Source of the DNA: Eledone cirrhosa
Taxonomy: Eukaryota
Reading direction: 5' to 3'
Length of the DNA: 64,000 nt
Assembly (NCBI GenBank): GCA_964016885.1
Contig: OZ024765.1
Coordinates: 11,904,001 to 11,968,000, forward strand
Shown here: positions 1 through 15,860 of the stretch, piece after piece
Layout of the letters: each line of letters begins with the position of its first letter
How positions within the stretch are numbered: position 1 is the first letter of the stretch
Notes under the pieces: generated by a model
Database searches by the model: none
What the model saw: the letters and a program-made list of their open reading frames with translations, nothing else
Told to the model about the DNA's origin: nothing
Position numbers and translations under genes: made by a program

Positions 1-80
1 ATATATATACATATATATATATACATATATATACATATATATATATATACATATATATATATACATATATATACATATAC

Positions 81-135
<55 letters not shown>

Positions 136-233
136 CATATATACACACATATATATATATATACATATATACATTTATATATACATATATACATTTATAT
201 ATACATATATATATATATATATACATATACATT

Positions 234-277
<44 letters not shown>

Positions 278-703
278 TTTATATATACATATACATATAT
301 ACATTTATAGATACATATACATATATACATTTATAGATACATATACATATATACATTTATAGATACATATACATATATACATTTATATATACATATACAT
401 ATATATACATATATATGTATACATATATATATACATTTATATATACATATATATACATACATATATATACATATATATATATACATTTATATATACATTT
501 ATATATACATATATATATACATTTATATACACATATATATGAACATATATACATATATATACATATATATATGCATATATACATACACATATATATGCAT
601 ATATACATACATATATATACATACATATGTACACATACATATACATATATATATACACATACATAAATATATATATATATATATACACACATATATACAC
701 ACA
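1..703. repeat. Compound (TA)n/(TACA)n microsatellite
   Basis: Almost pure AT/AC dinucleotide runs; overlapping Y/I/H/T/V/C ORFs are artefacts. Confidence 0.97.
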
Positions 704-918
704 CTAATTTTTATTATATTTTGTTTTAGTAAATTCCAAGATAATGGTCCTTTACCATTCAGTATTTACTATTTAACCAGACACTAGAAATCAATATGTC
801 AGTATCGGTCGAAAGTTGAAGTTGATTAGATAGAAGAAACTTGCAAGATTTCTGAGAGGCTTTTTCAATATTTAGTTTTGTTTCCGAACAGGTGGTAAAT
901 AGGCTGAGTGATTAAAGT

Positions 919-3545
919 GTACACTGATATATACTAATGTGTGTATTTGGTTTACAATAAGTACATTGTTTCCCTGCGTATTTGGTGTACAATAGGTACA
1001 CTGTACCCCTGTGTATATCTGGTTTACAATAGGTACACTGTAACCGTGTGTGTATCTTGTTTACAATAGGTACACTGTATCCCTGTGTATATTTGGTTTA
1101 CAATAAGTACATTGTTTCCCTGCGTATTTGGTTTACAATAGGTACACTGTATCCCTGTGTGTATCTGGTTTACAATAGGTACACTGTAACCGTGTGTGTA
1201 TCTGGTTTACAATAGGTACACTGTAACCGTATGTATATCTGGTTTACAATAGGTACACTGTATCCCTGTGTATATCTAGTTTACAATAGGTACACTGTAT
1301 CCCTGTGTATATCTGGTTTACAATAGGTACACTGTATCCCTGTGTATATCTGGTGTACAATAGGTACACTGTATCCCTGTGTATATCTAGTTTACAATAG
1401 GTACACTGTATCCCTGTGTATATCTGGTTTACAATAGGTACACTGTATCCCTGTGTATATCTGGTGTACAGTAGGTACACTGTATCCCTGTGTATATCTG
1501 GTGTACAATAGGTACACTGTATCCCTGTGTATATCTAGTTTACAATAGGTGCACTGTATCCCTGTGTATATCTGGTGTACAATAGGTACACTGTATCCCT
1601 GTGTGTATCTAGTTTACAATAGCTACACTGTATCCCTGTGTATATCTGGTTTACAATAGGTACACTGTATCCCTGTGTATACCTGGTTTACAATAGGTAC
1701 ACTGTATCCCTGTGTATATCTAGTTTACAATAGCTACACTGTATCCCTGTGTATATCTGGTGTACAATAGGTACACTGTATCCCTGTGTATATCTAGTTT
1801 ACAATAGGTACACTGTATCCCTGTGTATATCTGGTTTACAATAGGTACACTGTAACCGTGTGTATATCTGGTTTACAATAGGTACACTGTATCCCTGTGT
1901 GTATCTGGTTTACAATAGGTACACTGTATCCCTGTGTATATCTGGTTTACAATAGGTACACTGTATCCCTGTGTATATCTGGTTTACAATAGGTACACTG
2001 TAACCGTGTGTATATCTGGTTTACAATAGGTACACTGTATCCCTGTGTGTATCTAGTTTACAATAGGTACACTGTAACCGTGTGTGTATCTGGTTTACAA
2101 TAGGTACACTGTATCCCTGTGTGTATCTGTTTACAATAGGTACACTGTAACCGTGTGTGTATCTGGTTTACAATAGGTACACTGTAACCGTGTGTATATC
2201 TGGTTTACAATAGGTACACTGTATCCCTGTGTGTATCTGGTTTACAATAGGTACACTGTAACCGTGTGTGTATCTGGTTTACAATAGGTACACTGTAACC
2301 GTGTGTATATCTGGTTTACAATAGGTACACTGTATCCCTGTGTGTATCTGGTTTACAATAGGTACACTGTAACCGTGTGTGTATCTGGTTTACAATAGGT
2401 ACACTGTATCCCTGTGTGTATCTGGTTTACAATAGGTACACTGTAACCGTGTGTATATCTGGTTTACAATAGGTACACTGTAACCGTGTGTATATCTGGT
2501 TTACAATAGGTACACTGTATCCCTGTGTGTATCTGGTGTACAATAGGTACACTGTATCCCTGTGTATATCTGGTTTACAATAGGTACACTGTATCCCTGT
2601 GTGTATCTGGTGTACAATAGGTACACTGTATCCCTGTGTGTATCTAGTTTACAATAGGTACACTGTATCCCTGTGTATCTAGTTTACAATAGGTACACTG
2701 TATCCCTGTGTGTATCTTGTTTACAATAGGTACACTGTAACCGTGTGTGTATCTGGTTTACAATAGGTACACTGTAACCGTGTGTATATCTGGTTTACAA
2801 TAGGTACACTGTATCCCTGTGTATATCTGGTGTACAATAGGTACACTGTATCCCTGTGTGTATCTTGTTTACAATAGGTACACTGTATCCCTGTGTGTAT
2901 CTTGTTTACAATAGGTACACTGTATCCCTGTGTGTATCTTGTTTACAATAGGTACACTGTATCCCTGTGTGTATCTTGTTTACAATAGGTACACTGTATC
3001 CCTGTGTGTATCTGGTTTACAATAGGTACACTCTATCCCTGTGTATATCTGGTGTACAATAGGTACACTGTATCCCTGTGTGTATCTGGTTTACAATAGG
3101 TACACTGTATCCCTGTGTGTATCTTGTTTACAATAGGTACACTGTATCCCTGTGTGTATCTTGTTTACAATAGGTACACTGTATCCCTGTGTGTATCTGG
3201 TTTACAATAGGTACACTCTATCCCTGTGTATATCTGGTGTACAATAGGTACACTGTATCCCTGTGTGTATCTGGTTTACAATAGGTACACTGTATCCCTG
3301 TGTGTATTTGGTTTACAATAGGTACACTGTATACCTGGCTATATCTAGTTTACAATAGGTACACTGTATCCCTGTGTATATCTGGTTTACAATAGGTAGA
3401 CTGTATCCCTGTGTGTATCTGGTTTACAATAGGTACACTGTATCCCTGTGTACCTAGTTTACAATAGGTACACTGTATCCCTGGCTATATCTAGTTTACA
3501 ATAGGTACACTGTATCCCTGTGTCTATCTAGTTTAGAATAGCTGC
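919..3545. repeat. 37-bp minisatellite, about 70 copies
   Basis: Unit GGTTTACAATAGGTACACTGTATCCCTGTGTATATCT, 37-bp period (1021 to 1058); recurring variants TATCCC/TAACCG and CTGG/CTAG/CTTG. Confidence 0.97.
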
Positions 3546-3654
3546 CCTATAACCAGTGTATTCTAAAAGGCTGCTAAAATGTGTAATGATAGGAAAGGCA
3601 TTTAGCTTTGTCTCTGAACAGGTGTTAAATTGATAAAGTAATTAGAGTTTAGGC

Positions 3655-3685
3655 CAGGGATCTCAAACATGCAGCCCATGATAGA
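3655..3685 (+). mobile_element. hAT/Charlie-like terminus (fragment)
   Basis: CAGGGATCTCAAACATGCAGCCC resembles Charlie-type ends (CAGGGGTCTCAAAC..GCGGCCC); an opposite-type end ..GTTGGGAACCACTG lies at about 11160-11173. Confidence 0.35.
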
Positions 3686-3739
3686 ACAATATTCGTGACT
3701 CATATTTTCCTATGTCACAAAGCATGTTGTCCGTTACTC

Positions 3740-4572
3740 TACCGATTCTGCCAATTAATCACACTAAATACGAAGTTAATGAATAAGGTAACATTACTTA
3801 AATCTCTCCGAATTCTTGATTATTTAAAACAATTTTGGAAAATTATAAGCAATGTTTTTTATTATAAACATGGTAACAAAAGAGTCAAATTATTTGTATT
3901 TATGTAAAAATAAAAAACCTTCCATCATAATTTGATACGAGAACTTTTGTTAAGTTATGATCCAAATACCAAAAAAATAACGAGAAAGTTAATTCTAATG
4001 TTAAATCTCTCTAAATTATTGCTTATTTTTCCAAATTATTTGAAAATCATAAGCGTGTCTTTCATTAAAAATAAGATAATGAAAAGGTTAAAGTGTTTGT
4101 ATTTATCTAAGATTATGTTCCAAACACTAACAATGTCTTTCATTGAAATATAGTGTTAAAGTGTTTATATTTATCTAATAACTTTCCATCATAATTTTTA
4201 GTAAGAACTTTTGTTAAGTTATATTCCAAACGTCAGTTAAATAATGAGAAAGTTAGTTATTACTACATCCCTCGAAATTCTTGATTAATTTCCAAATTAT
4301 TTGAAAACTATAGGCAGTGTCTTTCATTAGAAATAAAGTAATGAAAGGTTTAAAGTGTTTTTATTTATTGAAGAACATTTGTTATGTTATGTTCCAAACG
4401 TCAGTTAAATAATGAGAAAGTTAGTTATGCAACTACATTTATTCAAATTCTTGATATTTTCTAAGGAATTTAGAAATTATTAGCAATGTTTTACATCAGA
4501 TCTATGTTAAATTAATCAATAGAAAATGATCGGCTGTCTTTCATTAGAAATATAATGACGGAAGAGTTAAAC
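3740..4572 (+). repeat. Degenerate tandem copies (about 150-200 bp) of an AT-rich MITE-like repeat
   Basis: Recurrent blocks GAACTTTTGTTAAGTTAT..TAATGAGAAAGTTAGTTAT..TCTTTCATTAGAAATA..AAAGGTTAAA. Confidence 0.55.
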
Positions 4573-4844
4573 GAAGATGTCCTGAATGAAAAAATTAAAA
4601 AAAATACTCTTTGGCCTGACGTCAACTTATAGAAACAGAAGAATCTATGAATAAACATAATGATGTTATATTAACACATCATTTCTGCTCCTTATTATTA
4701 ATATATATATATATATATATATACGCCATTTCTCCGAGGGTTCTTAACCCCACTATCAGACTAAATAATTTCTTTAAATATGGCGATAGCTTACATTTCT
4801 AACAATTTCAAACCCACTCGCTGTTTCGAAAATATTCTTACTAT

Positions 4845-7620
<2,776 letters not shown>

Positions 7621-7891
7621 CGTTTCATATAATGCCATTTTAAATAGTAATATTAGCAATATTATCTATGCCCCTGTATTATATGCTGCTATATAATACA
7701 CCTGTAATTTACATAATATTCCTTCATATTACACTCGTTCATATATACCTATATTTTATATAGAGCTATTCTATATATACTGGTTTTAACCCCTTCGCAT
7801 TTAAATCAGTTAAATCCGGCCAGATTCCCCCTTTCCCTTTTCTGTTTAAACCAGCCTTAACTGGTCGCTCATACAGACATTAAGGAATTGT

Positions 7892-8102
7892 TCAGAGTTG
7901 CTGAAGCATGGAACAAACTACCTGCATCAGTTGTTAGCTGTCGAGACACTGCATCCTTTAAGGCCTCCATGCTTCCCGAGATCCGCCAACACTACAGCTA
8001 ACACATACACACATGACATTTGTGTATTATTCTATGTACTATATTGACGAGTTGTGGTGCACCTGAGCACTTTACACAATAATTTCATTTCATTATTATT
8101 AT
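7892..8102 (+). mobile_element. CR1/L2-type LINE 3' end
   Basis: Encodes RVAEAWNKLPASVVSCRDTASFKASML, typical of CR1/L2 ORF2 C-termini; ends in (ATT)n; second copy at 47997-48480. Confidence 0.8.
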
Positions 8103-8142
8103 AAATAACAAAATCTCATAGATTTCATATTTTGTGAGATAA

Positions 8143-8705
8143 TTATGTGAGATAAAGCCTTTACTGTGAAAATATAATAGTAAATATAGAGTAATGTAAA
8201 TGTTATGTGAGATATTATGTGAGGTAAAGCCTTTACCGTGAAAATATAATAGTATATATAGAGTAATGTAAATGTTATGTGAGATATTATGTGAGGTAAA
8301 GCCTTTACCGTGAAAATACAATAGTATATATAGAGTAATGTAAATGTTATGTGAGCTATTATGTGAGGTAAAGCCTTTACTGTGAAAATATAATAGTATA
8401 TATAGAGTAATGTAAATGTTATGTGAGATATTATGTGAGGTAAAGCCTTTACCGTGAAAATATAATAGTATATATAGAGTAATGTAAATGTTATGTGAGA
8501 TATTATGTGAGGTAAAGCCTTTACCGTGAAAATATAATAGTATATATAGAGTAATGTAAATGTTATGTGAGATATTATGTGAGGTAAAGTCTTTACTGTG
8601 AAAATACAATAGTATATATAGAGTAATGTAAATGCTATGTGAGATATTATTATGTGAGGTAAAGCCTTTACCGTGAAAATATAATAGTATATATAGTGTA
8701 ATATG
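8143..8705. repeat. 72-bp tandem array, about 7.5 copies
   Basis: GAGGTAAAGCC recurs at 8221 and 8293; the 24-aa periodic ORF 8085-8609 is a by-product. Confidence 0.95.
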
Positions 8706-9140
8706 AATGATAAACGATTAATGTAGAGCTCTGTCTTCAGTAAACTGATCTACTGTAATGTGTGATGACACACAATATAAGCTCAAACTGAGCAACTAGC
8801 CTCTCTCAGATTGAAGTCAGACATGTGTGGTGAAAAGCCACATCTGGCAAGAGGTGCCTTTGATGAAATGAAATTAGTGCACTAGAAAAATTGCACTCAG
8901 TACGCTCCATTAAATGGTGGTGGTGGTGGTGATGGTGCCATTAAAAAAAATGTTCCCAGTATATCTTGTCAGGTGATTGTTAAACGGAACAGCATCCAGC
9001 CATCGAAACAATGCCTAATATGGTGCGTATGAGAAAGATAGGTGAATCCAACCCCTCATATCTCAAACTGCAACAACTTATGCAAGCACAGAAAGCGAAC
9101 ATAAAGTGGTGGTGGTGGTGATGGTCATGATATATGTATA

Positions 9141-9314
9141 TACGCTATATCCCAGTGTCGAAGACACTACTTTTTTTTCTTAAGATAAGTCTCAAAAATC
9201 TACCATGCATCCTGGAGGCCGAAGGTTGTTTATTAATTTTTTTCAAATGTTTGGTTGTCAAAATTAGGGTGAATCCTCGAGGAAGAAACATCTTCGGCGC
9301 CAGGAAATATGGTA
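9141..9314. mobile_element. pogo/Tigger-like MITE
   Basis: Imperfect TIRs TACGCTATATCCCAGTGTCGAAGAC and (revcomp) TACCATATTTCCTGGCGCCGAAGAT, in TA context. Confidence 0.55.
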
Positions 9315-10013
9315 TATATATGTGTGTGTGTGTATGTGTGTGTGTGTGTGTGTAATAATTGATAAGTTTCAGAAAGCCAGTATATTGTGGTAGAAATATA
9401 TAAAGGGCAAAGGATGACAAATAAAACAAAAAAAAATGTTTTACCCAATATATTTCAACATTATTGTTTCTACTTTAGGCACAAGGCCAGCAATTACCCA
9501 GTGCATTACTGGTACTTTATTTCAACATAATATTTCAGGGCTATAACCCCTCTTTTCAAATGTGAATGGAAATGCTTCAAAACAAATACAAACAATCAAT
9601 GTAAACCACTTTAGTCAAACATTATATTTCAGGGCTATAACCCCTCTTTTCAAATGTGATTGGAAATACTTCAAAACAAACACGAAAAACATTCAATGTA
9701 AATTATTTTATTAAACGTTCGACATTTAAGTCAAACAAATGTGTGATGAAGCTGGTCAACTAGACTTATAAAGACAAAAGCAAGATACAGAATAAATGAT
9801 GCATGGAGAAGAAGAAATGCTGGCCATGTAGCAGCCAATTCTGGAAGGTGTAGGAGGACCAAGACAAAAGAACAAAGCAAATAAAGCCACATGATAGAAA
9901 AGGAGATCAGTTATGGTAAATGTAGTGAGCAACTCAATAATAGGATGGTGCCATGTGTATCACAGATATTATAGCAAAGCTGGCAAAACTAGCAACAGAT
10001 TCAATTAAGCCTG

Positions 10014-10260
10014 ACACAAGCGCAACTATGTTTAAGCAGTTCATAGAGTGGGTAATAGGAAAAGGGTCAGGACCCCTTCAGCTGAGTTCCGTTCGGATCT
10101 AGCTGTCGAAACGGCTGAAGCACACAAGCGCAACTGTGTTTAAGCAGTTCATAGAGTGGGTAATAGGAAAAGGGTCAGGACCCCTTCGGCGGAGCTCCGT
10201 TCGGATCTAGCTGTCGAAACGGCTGAAGCTCAGCCATCAGGGGTCCTGACTCTTTTCCTA
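10014..10260. mobile_element. Fold-back hammerhead-derived element, family B (with 108-bp tandem duplication)
   Basis: Arms TAGGAAAAGGGTCAGGACCCCT / AGGGGTCCTGACTCTTTTCCTA around ..CTAGCTGTCGAAACGGCTG; abuts (TA)n; lacks CTGATGA. Confidence 0.7.
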
Positions 10261-10264
10261 TATA

Positions 10265-10312
<48 letters not shown>

Positions 10313-10417
10313 TATATATAATATAATATATATATATATATATAATATAATATATATATATATAATATAATATATATATATATAATATAATATATATATA
10401 TATATATAATATAATAT

Positions 10418-10466
<49 letters not shown>

Positions 10467-10521
10467 TATATATTATATATATAATATATATATATATTAT
10501 ATATATAATATATATATATAT

Positions 10522-10571
<50 letters not shown>

Positions 10572-10713
10572 TACATTAAAAAGAGGATGTAAAAACGATG
10601 ATATATACATTCGACAAGCTTCATCTCTTAATTATATATTTATAAAGCGTGAAACTAATAAGACTTTTTGTACCTCTGTTTTTAGTCTCCTTGAACTATG
10701 TATGTATATATAT

Positions 10714-10760
<47 letters not shown>

Positions 10761-10763
<3 letters not shown>

Positions 10764-11125
10764 GGTGTCCCCCAAAAATGTATACACACTTCCACAGCAA
10801 ATAATATCAATGGGGGGCATTTTAATGTCAAAAGTAGGCATTTTCATATCAAAGAGGGGCATTTTAATAAAGGTGGGTATTTTAATATCAAAGGTGGCCA
10901 TTTTAATATCAAAGGTGGCCATTTTAATATCAAAGATATGAAAATATCTACCTTCGATATGAAAATGTTCATATCAAAGGTGGGCATTTTCATATCAGAG
11001 AAGGGCATTTTCATACCAAAGGAAGTATTCTCATGGCAAATAGAAGCATTTTCATATTATAGGAGGAGGGAGGGGGCTATTTTATATATCGGAGGTGGGG
11101 GGGGGGGCATTTTCATATCAAATAT
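10761..11125 (+). mobile_element. Tc1/mariner MITE left end followed by about 21-bp degenerate repeats
   Basis: TA|CAGGGTGTCCCCCAAAAATGTATACACA matches the TIR at 57438; then GGCATTTTAATATCAAAGGT-like units. Confidence 0.6.
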
Positions 11126-11444
11126 TTGAGATGTTGAGGTGGGGTATGGTGCGTAAAATGTTGGGAACCACTGCTTTAGCTGAAAAGAGGTGAGTCAAAA
11201 GAGCACTTAGTCACATGGGTACAAACTTAGGCTAGATCAACCTTGGTTGGCTCACCTAGATGAAGATGTAGGGTGTAGGAGTCTCATCCATCTTCGGTAT
11301 GTCTTCTAAAAAAAGCTGTTTTGTCACAAGGTATATTTCTGAGGATGTTTTTTTTATTTTTTATTATACTTTTTTTGTATTTTTCCAATAACATTTCTTG
11401 TGTAACATATAATAAATTTACCACTGATTTCAGGACACAGCCAT

Positions 11445-12148
11445 AACCCTTTAGTATTTACATTACTCTATATATACTATTGTATATAGAGCTTTACGAG
11501 AGCCTGCCAAAAGTCAGCTGGAAAGTAATACAGAGGAGACTGAGGTTAGCTGGACATGCTCACCAACATTCAAAGTTGACACTGCACTCAGTGCTCCTTT
11601 GGGGGCCCCTGCACAGACACACTAGAAGAGGGAAACTGAGGTTGACATATGTTGATGCCCTAAGGACAGACACAGGTCTCTTGGAGAGGCAGGATATGGC
11701 AGCGATGATGAGGGACAGAGACCGCTGGAGAGAACTCATCCATGGATCTTGGGAATTTTACCCGCCCTAGATAGATAGATACTATTGTATTTTCACAGTA
11801 AAGGCTTTATCTCACATAATGTTAAATCTACAAGATTTTGATATTTATTTTGAGAACAATACCTTAACATAAGTATGAGTGGCCGGTTATAGCCAGTTTG
11901 AACAGAAAGAGGTGAGAGAATCCTGGCTGGATATGGCAGGTTTAAATGCTAATGGTTGTATCCAGCTAGAATTCTCTCACCACTTTCTGCTTAAACCAAC
12001 CATAACTGGCTGCTCATACTTATGTTAAGGTACTGTTCTCAAAATAGATATTATCCAAATCTCATAGATTCGATATTATGTGAGGTAAAGCCTTTACCAT
12101 GAATATACAATAATATATATAAAGTAATGTAAATGCTGAAGGGTTAAT
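11445..12148. mobile_element. Head-to-head pair of piggyBac-like MITEs forming a long palindrome
   Basis: Left AACCCTTTAGTATTTACATTAC.. and right ..GTAATGTAAATGCTGAAGGGTTAA are reverse complements; apex near 11930-11960. Confidence 0.7.
11486..11780 (+). mobile_element. RTE/RTE-X LINE 3' end with (AGAT)n tail and 12-bp TSD
   Basis: [46 protein letters not shown]; ATACTATTGTAT at 11474-11485 and 11779-11790. Confidence 0.88.
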
Positions 12149-12408
12149 GTTGATGCATACAAGTGTTTGCATCTGTAGATGCAGGAATAACTTGTGACAA
12201 GTAGGTTTGGCAACCATGTTTTTTAAAGCTTTTTGTTTATTGCATTTGTAACATAATGAGCTATGATCTGTTACAAAATATATTTTGTAACAGATATATA
12301 TATATATATATATAGTAATAATAATAAATGTGAAGACTAAAATCCAAAGAGGACTCAATAAGGATAATATATATATATAAATATATAAAAACCATACAGC
12401 AAATATTG

Positions 12409-12579
12409 ATTAAAATAACAGATTAAAGTTTAAGCAAAGAATCACTGCTTTCACCCTTAACGGGATCTTCTGAAACTAAAAAAAAAATCAATCAATGACT
12501 GATCTTTTTTAGTTTCAGAAGATCCTGTTAAGGGTGAAAACAGTAATTCTTTGCTTAAACTTTAATCTGTTATTTTAAT
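12409..12579. mobile_element. Fold-back palindrome with degenerate hammerhead core
   Basis: About 80-bp inverted arms; right arm CAGAAGA-T-CCTGTTAAGGG-T-GAAA resembles the neighbouring element, with a mutated core. Confidence 0.65.
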
Positions 12580-12614
12580 AAAAAAATAAATATATATACA
12601 TATATATATATATA

Positions 12615-12824
12615 TAGAAGTGGTTACACAACAGTTAGTTCATCATACCAAGAACAATTGTTTCACCTTAGCGGATCCTCAGCTCAGATTACGAGCTGAG
12701 GATCCGCTAAGGTGAAACAATTGTTCTTGGTATGGTGAACTAACTGTTGTGTAACCACTTCTACCTAACTCATCCCATGCACTAAGTGCTCTACCAATAC
12801 GGGTATTACCTTCCAGTGTTCTAC

Positions 12825-12827
<3 letters not shown>
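12615..12827 (+). mobile_element. Fold-back Penelope-like/retrozyme element, family A, inside (TA)n
   Basis: 71-bp arms (12615-12685 and 12693-12763, one mismatch), 7-nt loop, about 65-bp unique tail, (TA)n on both sides. Confidence 0.8.
12692..12729 (+). ncRNA. Minimal type I hammerhead ribozyme motif
   Basis: CGAG-CTGAGGA-T-CC-GCTAA-GG-T-GAA-ACAATTGT-T-CTTG; palindromic stem III, GUU site, 4-bp stem I; mirror copy on the minus strand. Confidence 0.65.
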
Positions 12828-12892
<65 letters not shown>

Positions 12893-12939
12893 TTATTTAT
12901 ATATATATAGAGAGAGATATAGATTTTTTTTTTTTTTAA

Positions 12940-15200
12940 AGTATGTTTTGTAAAAATGTGTTTTATAAAACAATTTTTTTGTAACAAGATATATTTTATA
13001 TCTGGTGTATATGTTTTCAGATATATTTTATAACAATATATATTATGTAACACAGAGTGTTTTGTAACATGGTATGTTTTCTAAGAGATACGTTTTGTAA
13101 CAAAATGAGTCTGTAACACAATGTTTTGTAACTGTTAACGTCTTCAATAGATGTTATATTTTGTAACAAGATATGATTTTATAACTGGGATATTTACAAC
13201 CATGTTTCTAGGGTTGTAACACAATTTGTTTTGTAACAAGGTAATATTTTTCCAAAGATCTTTTTGTAACAAGATATGTTTTGTCATAACAAATTGTATT
13301 TCTATCAAGGTGTGTTGTTTTGTAACAATTTGTATCAAGATGTCTTCCATCTAGTTATGTCTTCCATCAAGTTTTATATAACAAATTGTGTCTTCTATCA
13401 AACTGTTTTCTAACAACAAATTGCATTTCTATCAAGCTATGTTATGTAACAGATTCTAGCTTCTATCAAGCTGTATATTGTAACAAATTCTATTTACTAT
13501 CAAACTGTGTATTGGAACAAATTCCATTTTCTATCAAGCTGTGTATTGTAACAAATTCTATCAATATCAAGCTGTGTATTGTAACAAGATATATAAATGT
13601 ATCTTCTATGAAGATATGTTTTGTAACAAAATATATTTGTGATATTTTATTTCCTTTTTTGATAACATTTCTTGTGTAATCAAGCTTTGTAGCAAATTTT
13701 GTCTTTTATCAAAATGTGTCTCATAAGAAGTTGTATCTTCAATCAAAATATGTTTTGAAACAAGATGTATGTTGTGTTGTCTATCAAGTTATGTTATATA
13801 ACAAAGTGTCTCTTAAATCAAGATGTGTTTTGTCACAAGATATAAGAAGTGTCTTCTACTAAAATGTATTTTATAACAAGATACAAAATGTATTTTCTAT
13901 GAAGCTGTGTTTTGTAACAAGATATATTTGTGGTGATATGTTTTTCTTTTTAAATAATAGTTCTTGTAAAGCCAAGCTGTGTCTTGTAAGAAATTTTCTC
14001 TTCTACCAAAATGTGTCTTGTAAAAGCAGATTGTGTTTACTATCAAAGTGTGTATTGTAAGACATGTTTTTTTAATCAAATTTTCACTTTTATCAAAGTG
14101 AGTATTGTAACAAGTTGTCTTTCATCAATATGTGCTTTGTAATAAGATATGTTATCTCTTACAAGATGTGTTTTGTAGCAAATTTTCTCTTCTATCAAAG
14201 TGTATATTGTAACAAGATATGTTATCTCTTCCAAAAAGATGTATTTTGTAGCAAATTTTCTCTTTTATCAAAGAGTGTATTATCAAAGAGTGTATTATAA
14301 CAAGATATGTTATGTTTTCTAAGATGTATTTTGTAGCAAATTTTCTCTTCTATCAAATTGTGTATTGTAACAAGATATGTTATCTCTTACAAGATATATT
14401 TTGTAGAAAATTTTCTCATTTATCAAAGTGTGAATTTTAACAAGATATGTTATCTCTTACAAGATATATTTTGTAGAAAATTTTCTCATTTATCAAAGTG
14501 TGAATTTTAACAAGATATGTTATCTCTTACAAGAAAATGTATTTTGTAGAAAATTTTCTCATTATCAAAGTCTGAATTTTAACAAGATATGTTATCTCTT
14601 ACAAGATATATTTTGTAGAAAATTTTCTCATTTATCAAAGTGTGAATTTTAACAAGATATGTTATCTCTTACAAGATATATTTTGTAGAAAATTTTCTCA
14701 TTTATCAAAGTGTGAATTTTAACAAGATATGTTATCTCTTACAAGAAAATGTATTTTGTAGAAAATTTTCTCATTATCAAAGTCTGAATTTTAACAAGAT
14801 ATGTTATCTCTTACAAGATATATTTTGTAGAAAATTTTCTCATTTATCAAAGTGTGAATTTTAACAAGATATGTTATCTCTTACAAGATATATTTTGTAG
14901 AAAATTTTCTCATTTATCAAAGTATGAATTTTAACAAGATATGTTATCTCTTACAAGAAAATGTATTTTGTAGAAAATGTTCTCATTATCAAAGTTTGAA
15001 TTTTAACAAGATATGTTATCTCTTACAAGAAAATGTATTTTGTAGAAAATTTCTCTTTATCAGAGTGTGTATTATAACAAGATATGTTATATTTTCTAAG
15101 ATGTGTTTTGTAGAAGATTTTCTCATTTATCAAAGTGTGTATTATAACCGTAGGTTATGTCTGTTATCAAGAGATGTTCATGTCTTGCCACAAGATATAT
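12940..15200. repeat. Satellite with a homogeneous 70/70/72-bp core (14370-15060) and degenerate flanks
   Basis: AACAAGATATG at 14369, 14439, 14509, 14581, 14651, 14721, 14793, 14863, 14933. Confidence 0.92.
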
Positions 15201-15654
15201 TTGTACTGATATAGTTTTTGTCATTCTTTTTTTTTTTTTTTTTTTTTTTTTTTGATAGTATGTCTTGTGTAAAGTTTACCTCGATGGGATTTAAACTGAG
15301 GAAAGCAGTGAGCCAAAACAAGTACCACAAAATATACTCTCCGACACTTTAGTAACTCTGCCACTTTCTTCACCTTATCAATTTACCATGCGTCACATAC
15401 AATAGGGGATACCTACAATAGTGGCACTGGTTCTATAGTCATGTATTTCAAGCAAACAAATAACTAAGGAACTCTACCCTACTTCTTGATGTGTTCTCTT
15501 TCTTACCTTTCAATATATATATATATCATCATCATCATCATCATCATTTAACATCTATTTTCCACTCCAACATGGTTTAGAGGGGTTTGTCCCATTAGAG
15601 GCAAGTTGGGTCGGGTGACTGTGTCTCACTGATATTGGACTGTTTTTATATATA

Positions 15655-15860
15655 TAAATCAAAATGGATGCAGTAAAGACCAATTAGACCATTACTCACC
15701 AGAGTACTCAATATGCGGTGTAGTAGAGTATGGTAATATGAAAGAATCGGAACCCCAACAGCTGAGCTCTTGCTATTTTGGAAGTAGCTGATGAAACAGT
15801 TAGTTCAGAACTAGCTGTTGAAATGGCAAGAGCTCAGCTGTCGGGGTCCTGACTCTTTCA
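15655..15860. mobile_element. Fold-back element, family B, retaining the hammerhead core
   Basis: Inverted tail, then CTGATGA (15788) - AACAGTTAGTT CAG AACTAGCTGTT - GAAA - TGGCAAGAGCTCAGCTG - TC - GGGGTCC; stem I 5' partner missing; TA runs on both sides. Confidence 0.7.

Larger units (their letters stand above)
7786..8720 (+). mobile_element. piggyBac-like MITE (TTAA-CCC end) interrupted by a LINE fragment and carrying an internal 72-bp array
   Basis: Starts TTAACCCCTTCGCATTTAAA; collinear with the copies at 11445-12148 that end GTAAATGCTGAAGGGTTAA. Confidence 0.55.

Noticed and set aside
919-3545. CRISPR-like array with a 37-bp repeat
   Set aside because: Units are head-to-tail with no unique spacers, there are no cas genes, and the context is eukaryotic
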